Shown piece after piece: positions 1-7,860 of a DNA stretch of 64,000 bases. A program made the translations under genes and the position numbers. Under the pieces are notes generated by a model. The model saw only the letters and a program-made list of their open reading frames with translations. It ran no database searches and was not told the origin of the DNA. How positions within the stretch are numbered: position 1 is the stretch's first letter; each line of letters opens with the position of its first letter. The stretch is from an uncultured delta proteobacterium (GTDB lineage Bacteria; Desulfobacterota; Desulfobaccia; Desulfobaccales; 0-14-0-80-60-11): assembly GCA_963812015.1 (NCBI GenBank), contig CAWETI010000003.1, positions 1,376,001-1,440,000 of the forward strand. The letters run 5' to 3'.

Positions 1-12
1 AAAAATGGGGAA

Positions 13-43
13 TGTAGGGGCGGGTTTAAAACCCGCCCCTACA
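13..43. repeat. REP-like GTAG palindrome, copy 1 of 3
   Basis: TGTAGGGGCGGGTTTAAAACCCGCCCCTACA; near-identical copies at 4107-4135 and 35935-35963. Confidence 0.85.
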
Positions 44-70
44 GCCACTCCAGCGATTAAGGAGGCAACC

Positions 71-394
71 ATGCCTAAAAAAGATCTTTCCCTCAACGGG
101 GCCCTGGTGGGCGGCATGGCCGGCTGGGTGGCCGAAGTGGCCATCCAGGAAGTCACCGGGCACCACGTCACCACGGGTCTCCTGGAGCTCTTGGGGGCCG
201 CTGCGGGTATGTGGCGTCTGGACCGGCGCCTGTCGCGGTCCCTGGCCGAAACCCTGGACCGGGCCAAGCATGGCCAGAACCAGGACTACCAGGCGGTGAA
301 GCGCCGCATCGAGGAGTTGACCGAGGATTTGCCGGAGCTGCGGGAGATCCTGGGGAACATGGTGGACGCGGGCATCTCGGCCCAGCAGGCCTGA
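71..394 (+). CDS. Hypothetical protein with two Gly-rich hydrophobic segments and a helical C-terminus
   Basis: AAGGAGG RBS before ATG at 71; GC3-biased codons; the longer ORF start at 5 runs through the REP. Confidence 0.7.
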   Translation: MPKKDLSLNGALVGGMAGWVAEVAIQEVTGHHVTTGLLELLGAAAGMWRLDRRLSRSLAETLDRAKHGQNQDYQAVKRRIEELTEDLPELREILGNMVDAGISAQQA

Positions 395-395
395 C

Positions 396-785
396 GTGCT
401 GGGCCTGGGTTTGCTGGTGCGCCTGGGCCGCCAGGTCCTGGCGGGACCGGTGGCGGACTCGGGAGTGTTGCCCGCCGGCTATTACCGCCACCTGGTGCTG
501 GCGGCCCTGGAGGCCGAGGATTTTCCCGGGGCCCTGCACCACCTGAAGTGGGTGGAGGAGCCCCTGCTGGCCCAGATCATCGTGCTCCGCCTCCGGCTCC
601 TGAGCGCCCGGCACCGGCGCCGTCTGGAGGCGGTGCAAGACCTCTGGCGGTCGGAGTCGAGCCCGGCGCGCCGGAAGCAATACCAGGCCCTGCTCACCGA
701 AGAAACCCGGGCCCTGGAACTCCTCCGGGATTACGAGGCCAAGGCGCTGACGCACCTGGCCGGTCCACAGGGCCTGACCGGATAG
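396..785 (+). CDS. Hypothetical protein
   Basis: GTG start 1 nt after the previous stop; GC3 bias; followed by a hairpin and T-tract near 849-878. Confidence 0.6.
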   Translation: MLGLGLLVRLGRQVLAGPVADSGVLPAGYYRHLVLAALEAEDFPGALHHLKWVEEPLLAQIIVLRLRLLSARHRRRLEAVQDLWRSESSPARRKQYQALLTEETRALELLRDYEAKALTHLAGPQGLTG

Positions 786-926
786 GAACCCTTAAGGGCC
801 AGGCTAAGCCGAAAAAATCGTTGAGGCAATCCCTCGCAAGCTGAGACCGGCAGGGCCCCGGGTGACCCTGCCGTTTTTGTGGCCTTCAGCCCTCCCATTT
901 TTTGGTTCTCCCTATATAATAGAAGA

Positions 927-1379
927 ATGGAATCAGACAGTTATTACCTGGGGCTGGCCCTGGAGGCGGCCCGGCAGGGACTGGCTGCGGACGAAGTGCC
1001 GGTGGGGGCGGTGCTGGTGGACGAGGCCGGCGTGGTCCTGGCCCGGGCCTTTAACCGCCCCATCGGTTGCCACGACCCCACGGCCCATGCCGAGATCCTG
1101 GTATTGCGGGATGGGGCCCGGCTCCGGGGGAATTACCGGTTGCCGGGGGTTAGCCTATATGTTACCATGGAGCCTTGCATCATGTGCCTGGGAGCCATGC
1201 TGCACGCCCGGGTGCGGCGCCTGGTGTTCGGCGCCCCGGACCCCAAGGGCGGCGCTTGCGTCTCGCTCTACCGCCTCCCCGAGGACACCCGCCTCAACCA
1301 CCGCCTGGAAGTCACCGGCGGGGTCCGGGAGGCCGAGTGCCGGAGCCTGCTGCAAGAGTTTTTTAAAGCGCGGCGCTAG
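927..1379 (+). CDS. tadA: tRNA adenosine(34) deaminase
   Basis: EVPVGAV, DPTAHAE, EPCIMC motifs and FF..RR C-terminus. Confidence 0.93.
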   Translation: MESDSYYLGLALEAARQGLAADEVPVGAVLVDEAGVVLARAFNRPIGCHDPTAHAEILVLRDGARLRGNYRLPGVSLYVTMEPCIMCLGAMLHARVRRLVFGAPDPKGGACVSLYRLPEDTRLNHRLEVTGGVREAECRSLLQEFFKARR

Positions 1380-1390
1380 GGACCCATTTT

Positions 1391-1419
1391 TCTCCCTCCC
1401 CCATCGAGGGGTAGGGAGA
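1391..1419. repeat. Short palindromic element related to the insertion in the GH8 gene
   Basis: TCTCCCTCCCCCATCGAGGGGTAGGGAGA; 22/26 match to 62000-62025. Confidence 0.6.
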
Positions 1420-1445
1420 TTATCATGAAATACAGATTGTTAGCC

Positions 1446-1539
1446 GGAGGGGTACCGAAGAGGCCGTAACGGGGTCGACTCGAAATCGACTTGGGGGCTA
1501 ATCACCCTCACGTGGGTTCGAATCCCACCCCCTCCGCCA
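1446..1539 (+). tRNA. tRNA-Ser (CGA)
   Basis: GGAGGGG acceptor stem, anticodon arm GTCGA-CT-CGA-AA-TCGAC, long variable arm, GGTTCGAATCC, encoded CCA. Confidence 0.95.
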
Positions 1540-1632
1540 CATATTCAAGGGCGAAAAGGCGAAAAGGGGAAGAGCCTAAAAGGGTAGGGCCATTCGAGGG
1601 TTTTTCGCCGCGGTGGCCAGGAGGGCGTGCCC

Positions 1633-1809
1633 ATGGGACTGACCTATATCAGCAAGAATTGTGAGATTTATCTGGGCGAGGACAACGCCTACCGGGAAGA
1701 TATGGGCAGCCTGCCCCTGGATTGCATTATTACGGCAGAGGAGTATAATGCGCTGCCGGAGGAGAAGAAAAAGGATTACGAGGTCCTGGTGCCCAAGCCC
1801 AAGAAATAG
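1633..1809 (+). CDS. Small hypothetical protein (58 aa)
   Basis: AGGAGGG upstream; coding-like codon usage; alternative GTG start at 1627. Confidence 0.6.
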   Translation: MGLTYISKNCEIYLGEDNAYREDMGSLPLDCIITAEEYNALPEEKKKDYEVLVPKPKK

Positions 1810-1884
1810 TGGTCAGTGGTTAGTGGTCAGTAATGTAGGGCGGGCATTGCCCGCCAAGGCACAGGCGAGATGCCTGTGCCACCA
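1807..1884. repeat. Heptamer tandem run plus two REP-like hairpins
   Basis: TAGTGGT-CAGTGGT-TAGTGGT-CAGT, then GTAGGGCGGGCATTGCCCGCC and GGCACAGGCGAGATGCCTGTGCC. Confidence 0.65.
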
Positions 1885-1905
1885 TTGATAAAAAATATAC
1901 CCGCC

Positions 1906-1998
1906 GGAGAGATGCCCGAGAGGCTGAAGGGGCACGATTGGAAATCGTGTGAGCGCCTAATAAGTGCTCCGAGGGTTCGAATCCCTCTCTCTCCGCCA
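1906..1998 (+). tRNA. tRNA-Ser (GGA)
   Basis: GGAGAGA acceptor stem, anticodon arm CACGA-TT-GGA-AA-TCGTG, long variable arm, GGTTCGAATCC, CCA end. Confidence 0.95.
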
Positions 1999-2005
1999 CT
2001 GAATA

Positions 2006-2146
2006 CGGTTTTTCGTTTTTCGTTTTTGGTTTTTTGTAAAAAAAAATCCTCGAATTGCCCGGGGATATGATCCGGGAAAGCCCACGCAAAATCAAAATAT
2101 GTTATTGTTTTATCACTAAAAACCAAAAACCAAAAACGATAAACGG
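2006..2146. repeat. Inverted pair of heptamer arrays around a short spacer
   Basis: Left CGGTTTTTCGTTTTTCGTTTTTGGTTTTT; right AAAAACCAAAAACCAAAAACGATAAACGG. Confidence 0.7.
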
Positions 2147-2153
2147 TCTTTAA

Positions 2154-3776
2154 ATGGCTTACCAGGTACTGGCCAGGAAATGGCGTCCCCAAAACTTTGA
2201 GGAAGTGGTGGGCCAGGAGCCCATCACCCGCACCCTTCAGAACGCTCTGGCCGCCGGCCGGGTGGCCCACGCCTTTATCTTCAGTGGTCCCCGGGGAGTA
2301 GGCAAAACCTCGGTGGCCCGCATCCTGGCCAAGGCCCTCAACTGCGAAGCCGGCCCCACTCCCCACCCCGACAACACCTGCCAGATGTGTAAGGAGATCA
2401 CCAACGGCTCCTCTTTGGACGTGCTGGAAATCGACGGCGCCTCCAACCGGGGCATCGACGAGGTCCGGGATCTGCGGGAGAAGATCAAGTACCTGCCGGC
2501 CCAGGGCAAGTACAAGGTCTATATCATCGACGAAGTGCACATGCTCACCAAGGAAGCCTTTAACGCCCTCCTCAAGACGTTGGAGGAGCCGCCGGCCCAC
2601 GCGGTGTTTATCCTGGCCACCACCGAGCCCCACAAGGTGCCGGTGACCATCCTGTCCCGCTGCCAACGCTACGATTTCCGGCGGATTCCCACCGGGGTGA
2701 TCCAGGCGCACCTGGCCAAGCTGGCCGGCCAGGAGGGCTGGCGGATCGACCCCGAGGGGCTGGCCCTGGTGGCCCGGGCCGCGGAAGGGGGCCTCCGGGA
2801 CGCCCAGGGTTTCCTGGACCAGGTGGTGACCTTCGGGGGCGACGGCGTCACTGCCCCGGAGATCGCCCGCATCCTGGGGGTGACCGACCGGGGGGCGCTC
2901 TTGGGCGCCCTCAAAGCCATCATTGACCGCAATGGACCGGACCTCCTCAACCTCATCGAGGCGTTGTACAACCAGGGCCAGGACCTGGGCCGGTTTTACC
3001 AGGATCTGATGCTCTATGCCCGGCATCTTTTGGTGGCTGGTCTCCATCCCGAGGCCCGGCACCTGGCGGCGGTGGCCGACACGGAGTGGGACGAACTGGC
3101 CCGCCTGGCAAGCCGGACCCCGGCCGTCCACCTCCACAACCTCTTGAGCGTGCTGCTCCAGGGGGAAGAGGAGTTGAAACGGGCCCCGCAGCCCCGACTG
3201 GCCCTGGAGGTCCTGCTCCTCCGCGTGATCCACCTGGAGCCGATCCTGCCCCTGGCGGAGTGGCTGACCCGGCTGGACGCCCTGGAACGGCGCCTGGAAG
3301 CGGGACCCCGGGGGGCGCCCGCCAGCGTTCGCGCCCCAGAACCCCAGCCGCCGGTGGAGGTGAAGGGCGCCGCCGAGCCGGCCGCCCCGCCCCCCCGGGC
3401 CCTGGAGGATACCGGCCTCAACGACCGGTGGCAGGCCTTTTTACAGTTTGTCCAGGAAAAGGAAAACGGCCCGCTGTTCGGTAAACTGGCCCAGAGCCGG
3501 TTGGTGGGGATGTCGGATCACTGCTTGAAGATCGCCTTGGGGCGCCCCTGGAACGCCAACGCGGCCAGCCACCAAGCCCGCCTCCAGGAGTTGGCCCGGG
3601 CCTTCTTCGGCCCCGAGACCACCCTGGAATTTGAGGTGGAAGCGTCCAAGACCCCGAAGAAAACTCCGGCGGCCGCCAAAAAGCCCGTGGATATCAAGAA
3701 GCTTCAGCAACAGGCCCTGGAGATCTTTGGGGGCGAGTGGCTCCCGAACCCCCCGGGGAAGGAGGAACTTGAGTGA
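2154..3776 (+). CDS. dnaX: DNA polymerase III subunit gamma/tau
   Basis: YQVLARKWRPQ, GPRGVGKT Walker A, EIDGASN, IIDEVHML, SRCQ. Confidence 0.97.
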   Translation: MAYQVLARKWRPQNFEEVVGQEPITRTLQNALAAGRVAHAFIFSGPRGVGKTSVARILAKALNCEAGPTPHPDNTCQMCKEITNGSSLDVLEIDGASNRGIDEVRDLREKIKYLPAQGKYKVYIIDEVHMLTKEAFNALLKTLEEPPAHAVFILATTEPHKVPVTILSRCQRYDFRRIPTGVIQAHLAKLAGQEGWRIDPEGLALVARAAEGGLRDAQGFLDQVVTFGGDGVTAPEIARILGVTDRGALLGALKAIIDRNGPDLLNLIEALYNQGQDLGRFYQDLMLYARHLLVAGLHPEARHLAAVADTEWDELARLASRTPAVHLHNLLSVLLQGEEELKRAPQPRLALEVLLLRVIHLEPILPLAEWLTRLDALERRLEAGPRGAPASVRAPEPQPPVEVKGAAEPAAPPPRALEDTGLNDRWQAFLQFVQEKENGPLFGKLAQSRLVGMSDHCLKIALGRPWNANAASHQARLQELARAFFGPETTLEFEVEASKTPKKTPAAAKKPVDIKKLQQQALEIFGGEWLPNPPGKEELE

Positions 3777-4084
3777 AGGATTTGAGCGGTATGATGAAGC
3801 AGGCCCAGAAGCTCCAGGCCAAGATGATGGCGATGCAGGAGGAACTGGGTAATCGCACGGTGAGCGCCCAGGCCGGCGGCGGCATGGTGGAGGCCGTGGT
3901 CAACGGCCGCCAGGAACTGCTGTCCCTGCGCATCGATCCCGAGGTGGTGGCCCCCGAGGACGTGGAGATGCTCCAGGACCTGATCCAGGCGGCGGTGAAC
4001 GAAGCCCTGAACCGGGCCCGGGACATGATGGCCCAGGAGATGAGCAAACTCACCGGCGGCATGCAGATACCGGGGTTGTTTTAG
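3773..4084 (+). CDS. ybaB: YbaB/EbfC nucleoid-associated protein
   Basis: MMKQAQKLQ, AGGGMV, DVEMLQDLI motifs; dnaX-ybaB-recR synteny. Confidence 0.95.
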   Translation: MKDLSGMMKQAQKLQAKMMAMQEELGNRTVSAQAGGGMVEAVVNGRQELLSLRIDPEVVAPEDVEMLQDLIQAAVNEALNRARDMMAQEMSKLTGGMQIPGLF

Positions 4085-4106
4085 CGAATTGCCAGTTCGG
4101 TGTCGC

Positions 4107-4135
4107 GTAGGGGCGGGTTTTAAACCCGCCCCTAC
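4107..4135. repeat. REP-like GTAG palindrome, copy 2
   Basis: GTAGGGGCGGGTTTTAAACCCGCCCCTAC. Confidence 0.85.
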
Positions 4136-4179
4136 AGGCTGCAGGCAACCGCAGTATCCTTTTGAGATAAAGGAAAATT

Positions 4180-4785
4180 ATGTCAGGAAACGCCTACCCC
4201 GCAGCTCTTCGCCGGGTGATCGTGGGTTTGAGTCGATGGCCCGGGGTGGGGGAAAAGACCGCCTCCCGCCTGGCCATGCACCTCCTCCGGGCCCCGGAGG
4301 GTGAGGTGCTGGAACTGGCCAACGCCTTGCTGGAACTCAAAGACAAGATTCGACTCTGCCGGCGCTGCTTCGCCTTTGCAGACCAGGAATTGTGTCCCCT
4401 GTGCAGCAATGCGGCCCGGAGCCAGGGCCAGATCCTGGTGGTGTCGGAACCGGGAGACCTGTTGGCCATTGAAAAGGTGGGGTGGTACCAGGGCCTCTAC
4501 CACGTCCTGGGGGGGCTGATTTCGCCGTTGGAGGGGGTGGGGCCGGACGATATCCGCATCCGGGAACTGGTGGACCGCATCACGCAGGAGGGGGTAAAGG
4601 AGGTCATCCTGGGCCTCAACCCCTCCCTCGAAGGGGAGACCACCACCACCTACCTGGCCCAGGAATTGCGGCCCCTGGGGATCACGGTGACCCGCATTGC
4701 CTACGGGCTGCCCATGGGCGGCGAGATCAAGTACGCTGACCAGCAGACCTTGAGGGAGTCCCTGAGCCACCGGGTGGAGACGTAA
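4180..4785 (+). CDS. recR: Recombination mediator RecR
   Basis: PGVGEKTASR HhH, C4 zinc finger, YHVLGGLISPLEG, TOPRIM domain. Confidence 0.96.
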   Translation: MSGNAYPAALRRVIVGLSRWPGVGEKTASRLAMHLLRAPEGEVLELANALLELKDKIRLCRRCFAFADQELCPLCSNAARSQGQILVVSEPGDLLAIEKVGWYQGLYHVLGGLISPLEGVGPDDIRIRELVDRITQEGVKEVILGLNPSLEGETTTTYLAQELRPLGITVTRIAYGLPMGGEIKYADQQTLRESLSHRVET

Positions 4786-4787
4786 AA

Positions 4788-5012
4788 ACAGTTGTCAGTT
4801 GTCAGTGGCCAGTTGCCAGTTATTCTGGTTCCCAATCAACTTAGAGTATCAAAATATGAGAGTTATCCGTTTTAGATTTAGGGCAGATCGAGGTAGTCAG
4901 AAATATGGAACGTTTGAAAGAAGCAGTGCCATTGAGGCTACTATCCAAAACGAAAGCTGATATACCTATCCCATTTTCATTTTATTTACTGGCAACTGAC
5001 CACTGACTACTA
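4788..5012. repeat. Inverted pair of heptamer arrays around a ~165-bp AT-rich spacer
   Basis: Left CAGTTGT-CAGTTGT-CAGTGGC-CAGTTGC-CAGT; right ACTG-GCAACTG-ACCACTG-ACTACTA. Confidence 0.75.
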
Positions 5013-5015
5013 CCC

Positions 5016-6119
5016 ATGTTCGATCGCCGATTAGTCCAAAATTTTGACTGGGTGCTCCTGGGGTTGGTGGTGATCATCTGCGCCACGGGCATCGTCAACC
5101 TTTATAGCGCCGGCTACAATCGCCAGACCGGGGATACCCCCCTTTACGTCAAGCAGCTCTACTGGCTGGCCGTGGGGCTGGGCGTGTTGTGCGTGACCCT
5201 GATCTATGACTACCGGCACCTGGAGAAGCTGAGCTATCCCGTTTATATCCTCAGTATCCTGCTGCTGGTGGCGGTCATATTCGGGGGGAAGATGGTCTCC
5301 GGCTCCCGTCGCTGGCTGCCTCTGGGCCCCTTCTCCTTTCAACCGGCGGAGTTGGCCAAGATCGCCATCATCCTGGTGCTGGCCGCCTACTTCAACCGGC
5401 GTCCCCGGTTGGAGGCCATGCGTCTCAAGAACCTAGTCGTCCCCGGGGTCCTGGTGATGATCCCGGTGGGGTTGATCATCAAACAGCCCGACCTGGGGTC
5501 GGCGATCCTGGTGGCCCTGGTGGCCGCCAGCATGATCCTCTTTGTGGGGGTGTACTGGCGCACCCTCATGAGCTGCGCCCTGACCATGGTGATGCTCTCC
5601 CCGGTGATCTGGCATTTCCTCAAGGATTACCAGCGCCAGCGGGTCTTGACCTTCCTCGACCCGGGGAAAGACCCCCTGGGAGCCGGCTATCATATCTTGC
5701 AGTCCATGATCGCGGTGGGCTCCGGCCAGTTCTGGGGCAAAGGTTTTTTGGCAGGCACCCAGAGCCAGCTTTATTTTCTGCCGGAGCAGCACACCGACTT
5801 CGTCTTTTCCGTGTTTGCCGAGGAGTGGGGCTTCGTGGGGTCCGCGGTGCTGCTCTTGCTGTTTACGGGGCTGGCCCTCTGGGGGCTCTCCGTGGCCCGG
5901 GACTGCAAGGAGCGCTTCGGCCACCTGCTGGCGGTTGGGGTGACGGCCCTGATCTTCTGGCAGGTGTTCATCAACCTCTGCATGGTCACCGGGTTTTTGC
6001 CGGTCGTGGGCATTCCTCTGCCCTTGTTCAGCTACGGGGGCTCCTCCCTGATCACCACCCTGTTAGGAGTGGGATTTCTCCTGAATATTCGCATGCGTCG
6101 CTACCTATTCGGGGGGTGA
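5016..6119 (+). CDS. rodA: Rod shape-determining SEDS glycosyltransferase RodA
   Basis: FQPAELAK, QPDLGS, YQRQRV, LPEQHTDF, GIPLPLFSYGGSS. Confidence 0.92.
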   Translation: MFDRRLVQNFDWVLLGLVVIICATGIVNLYSAGYNRQTGDTPLYVKQLYWLAVGLGVLCVTLIYDYRHLEKLSYPVYILSILLLVAVIFGGKMVSGSRRWLPLGPFSFQPAELAKIAIILVLAAYFNRRPRLEAMRLKNLVVPGVLVMIPVGLIIKQPDLGSAILVALVAASMILFVGVYWRTLMSCALTMVMLSPVIWHFLKDYQRQRVLTFLDPGKDPLGAGYHILQSMIAVGSGQFWGKGFLAGTQSQLYFLPEQHTDFVFSVFAEEWGFVGSAVLLLLFTGLALWGLSVARDCKERFGHLLAVGVTALIFWQVFINLCMVTGFLPVVGIPLPLFSYGGSSLITTLLGVGFLLNIRMRRYLFGG

Positions 6120-6140
6120 TCATTTTTTTGCAAAAAAATT

Positions 6141-6192
6141 TTGACACCCCGTTGAAAATAGGCTAAAAAGGCAAATGTGAAAAGTTACACAT
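6141..6192 (+). promoter_or_regulatory. Sigma70 promoter of the atp operon with a downstream Rex-like palindrome
   Basis: TTGACA-17 bp-TAAAAA at 6141-6169; ATGTGAAAAGTTACACAT at 6175-6192. Confidence 0.6.
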
Positions 6193-6273
6193 GGCCTTAA
6201 CCTCAGGCACTACCCAGCTTAAAACCGTTAAGTCATTGATCTTAGTAAATAAAATACGAGGTGGCAGCCAGGA

Positions 6274-6702
6274 ATGATTGACATTGATTGGACTTTGTAC
6301 GCGCAGCTTATCAATTTCCTGCTCCTGGTCTTTCTCCTGAACGTGGTTTTGTTCCGTCCCATCCGTAATGTTATCAGGGAACGGCAGGCCAAACTGCTGG
6401 CCCAGGAGGCGGACATCACCCTCCTGGCGGACCAGGGTCAGAGCTTGGAGGATGAGATCAAGGAGAAACTGGCCGCGGCCCGGCGCGATGGCGCTGGGGC
6501 CCGGGAGACCCTGAAGCAGGAAGGGACCCAGGCGGAAGCTTCCCTCCTGGAAGAAGTCAAACGCCAGGTGGAAGTGGAATGGGCCACGGTGGAGAAGAAA
6601 ATCAAAAGTGACATGGCCAAGGCCCGGGGGACCCTGCAGAAGCAGGCCCAGAGCTTTGCCCAGCTGCTGGCCACCAAAATTCTGGGGAGGGAACTCTCAT
6701 GA
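6274..6702 (+). CDS. atpF: ATP synthase F0 subunit b'
   Basis: N-terminal TM helix QLINFLLLVFLLNVVLFRPI, coiled coil, KILGREL end; first gene of the atp cluster. Confidence 0.88.
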   Translation: MIDIDWTLYAQLINFLLLVFLLNVVLFRPIRNVIRERQAKLLAQEADITLLADQGQSLEDEIKEKLAAARRDGAGARETLKQEGTQAEASLLEEVKRQVEVEWATVEKKIKSDMAKARGTLQKQAQSFAQLLATKILGRELS

Positions 6703-6721
6703 ACGGCGGACGCAGCACTGG

Positions 6722-7312
6722 ATGGGGACGGACCTGGGCAGTCTTGGGGGGCTAGGGGCCGGTTTGCTCCTGGCGGGCGTAGCCGTGGCCTCTGAGGCGG
6801 CGCATGGTGGCGGTCATGGGGGCGTGTCACCGGAAAAGATGAACGATCTCCTGTGGCGCACCGTCAATTTCGTGGTGTTCGCCGCGATCTTGATTAAGCT
6901 GGTGGCCAAGCCGGCAAAGAAGTTCTTCGGCCAGCGTTCTCAGGACGTGGCCACGTCCCTGGAGGAATTGGCCGCCAAGCAGGCCGCGGCCGAAGCAGCC
7001 GTGAAAGCGGCGGAAACCCGCCTGGCTGAGGTCGCCAAAGAGCGGGAGCAAGTTATCCAGCAATTTATCGCCGAAGGGGAAATGGAACGGGCCAAGATCC
7101 TGGATAAGGCCAACCAGGTGGCGGAGCGCATCAAAGAAATGGCGTCCCTCACCATTCAGCAGGAAACCAAAAAAGCCGCCCAAAGCCTGAAAGAGGAAGT
7201 CGTGGGCTTGGCCACCCAGATGGCCACGGACATGATTAAAGAGAAGGCTACCAACGCCGACCAGCAGGGTCTGGTGGAGGAATATTTGCATAAGGTGGTG
7301 CAAACCCATTGA
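6722..7312 (+). CDS. atpF: ATP synthase F0 subunit b (start uncertain; likely true start at 6699 is out of frame)
   Basis: DLLWRTVNF TM motif and coiled coil; position between b' and delta. Confidence 0.85.
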   Translation: MGTDLGSLGGLGAGLLLAGVAVASEAAHGGGHGGVSPEKMNDLLWRTVNFVVFAAILIKLVAKPAKKFFGQRSQDVATSLEELAAKQAAAEAAVKAAETRLAEVAKEREQVIQQFIAEGEMERAKILDKANQVAERIKEMASLTIQQETKKAAQSLKEEVVGLATQMATDMIKEKATNADQQGLVEEYLHKVVQTH

Positions 7313-7860
7313 TTGACATGACCGTTGCCCGACGCTATGCTAAGGCCTTGCTGACTCTGGGCAAGGAAGATGCTCATTACAAAGAGTATGGGGAGGGGCT
7401 CAGTGGGTTCGCCCAGCTTTTGGAACGAGAACCGGAGCTGAAGGATGCCCTGCTCAACCCCATCCACAACCGGGAGGATCGCAACAAATTACTCCTTCGC
7501 ATGATCGAACTGTTGCAGCTCCCGCCCATGGTTGCCAACCTGCTTCAACTTCTCCTGGATAAACACCGCCTTAACGCAGTTGACGGAGTGGCAATAGCCT
7601 ATCAGGAAATGTTGGATGAAGTGGAGAATGTCCGCCGGGCTCGGGTGAAGACGGCGATTTTCCTGGATGAGGCCACCCAGAAGCGTCTCCGTAAGACGCT
7701 GGAGAAGTTGACCGGCAGCACCGTAGTCATGGAGGTGGAAGAAGATCCTGCCATCATCGGCGGCCTGGTCGCCAAGGTGGGGGACCTGGTGCTGGACGGC
7801 AGTGTGCGCACGCAGATCAATGCTTTGAGAGAATCCTTAATAAAAGGCGAGGTCTTATAA
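7309..7860 (+). CDS. atpH: ATP synthase F1 subunit delta
   Basis: VARRYAKAL, DPAIIGG, VGDLVLDGSV. Confidence 0.95.
   Translation: MIDMTVARRYAKALLTLGKEDAHYKEYGEGLSGFAQLLEREPELKDALLNPIHNREDRNKLLLRMIELLQLPPMVANLLQLLLDKHRLNAVDGVAIAYQEMLDEVENVRRARVKTAIFLDEATQKRLRKTLEKLTGSTVVMEVEEDPAIIGGLVAKVGDLVLDGSVRTQINALRESLIKGEVL

Noticed and set aside
1999..2153. SRP RNA (ffs), often found upstream of dnaX
   Set aside because: The conserved helix-8 signature (CAGG...GGAA...GCAGC) is not present
3670..3690. Programmed -1 frameshift in dnaX
   Set aside because: Sequence is C AAA AAG rather than A AAA AAG and lies near the 3' end
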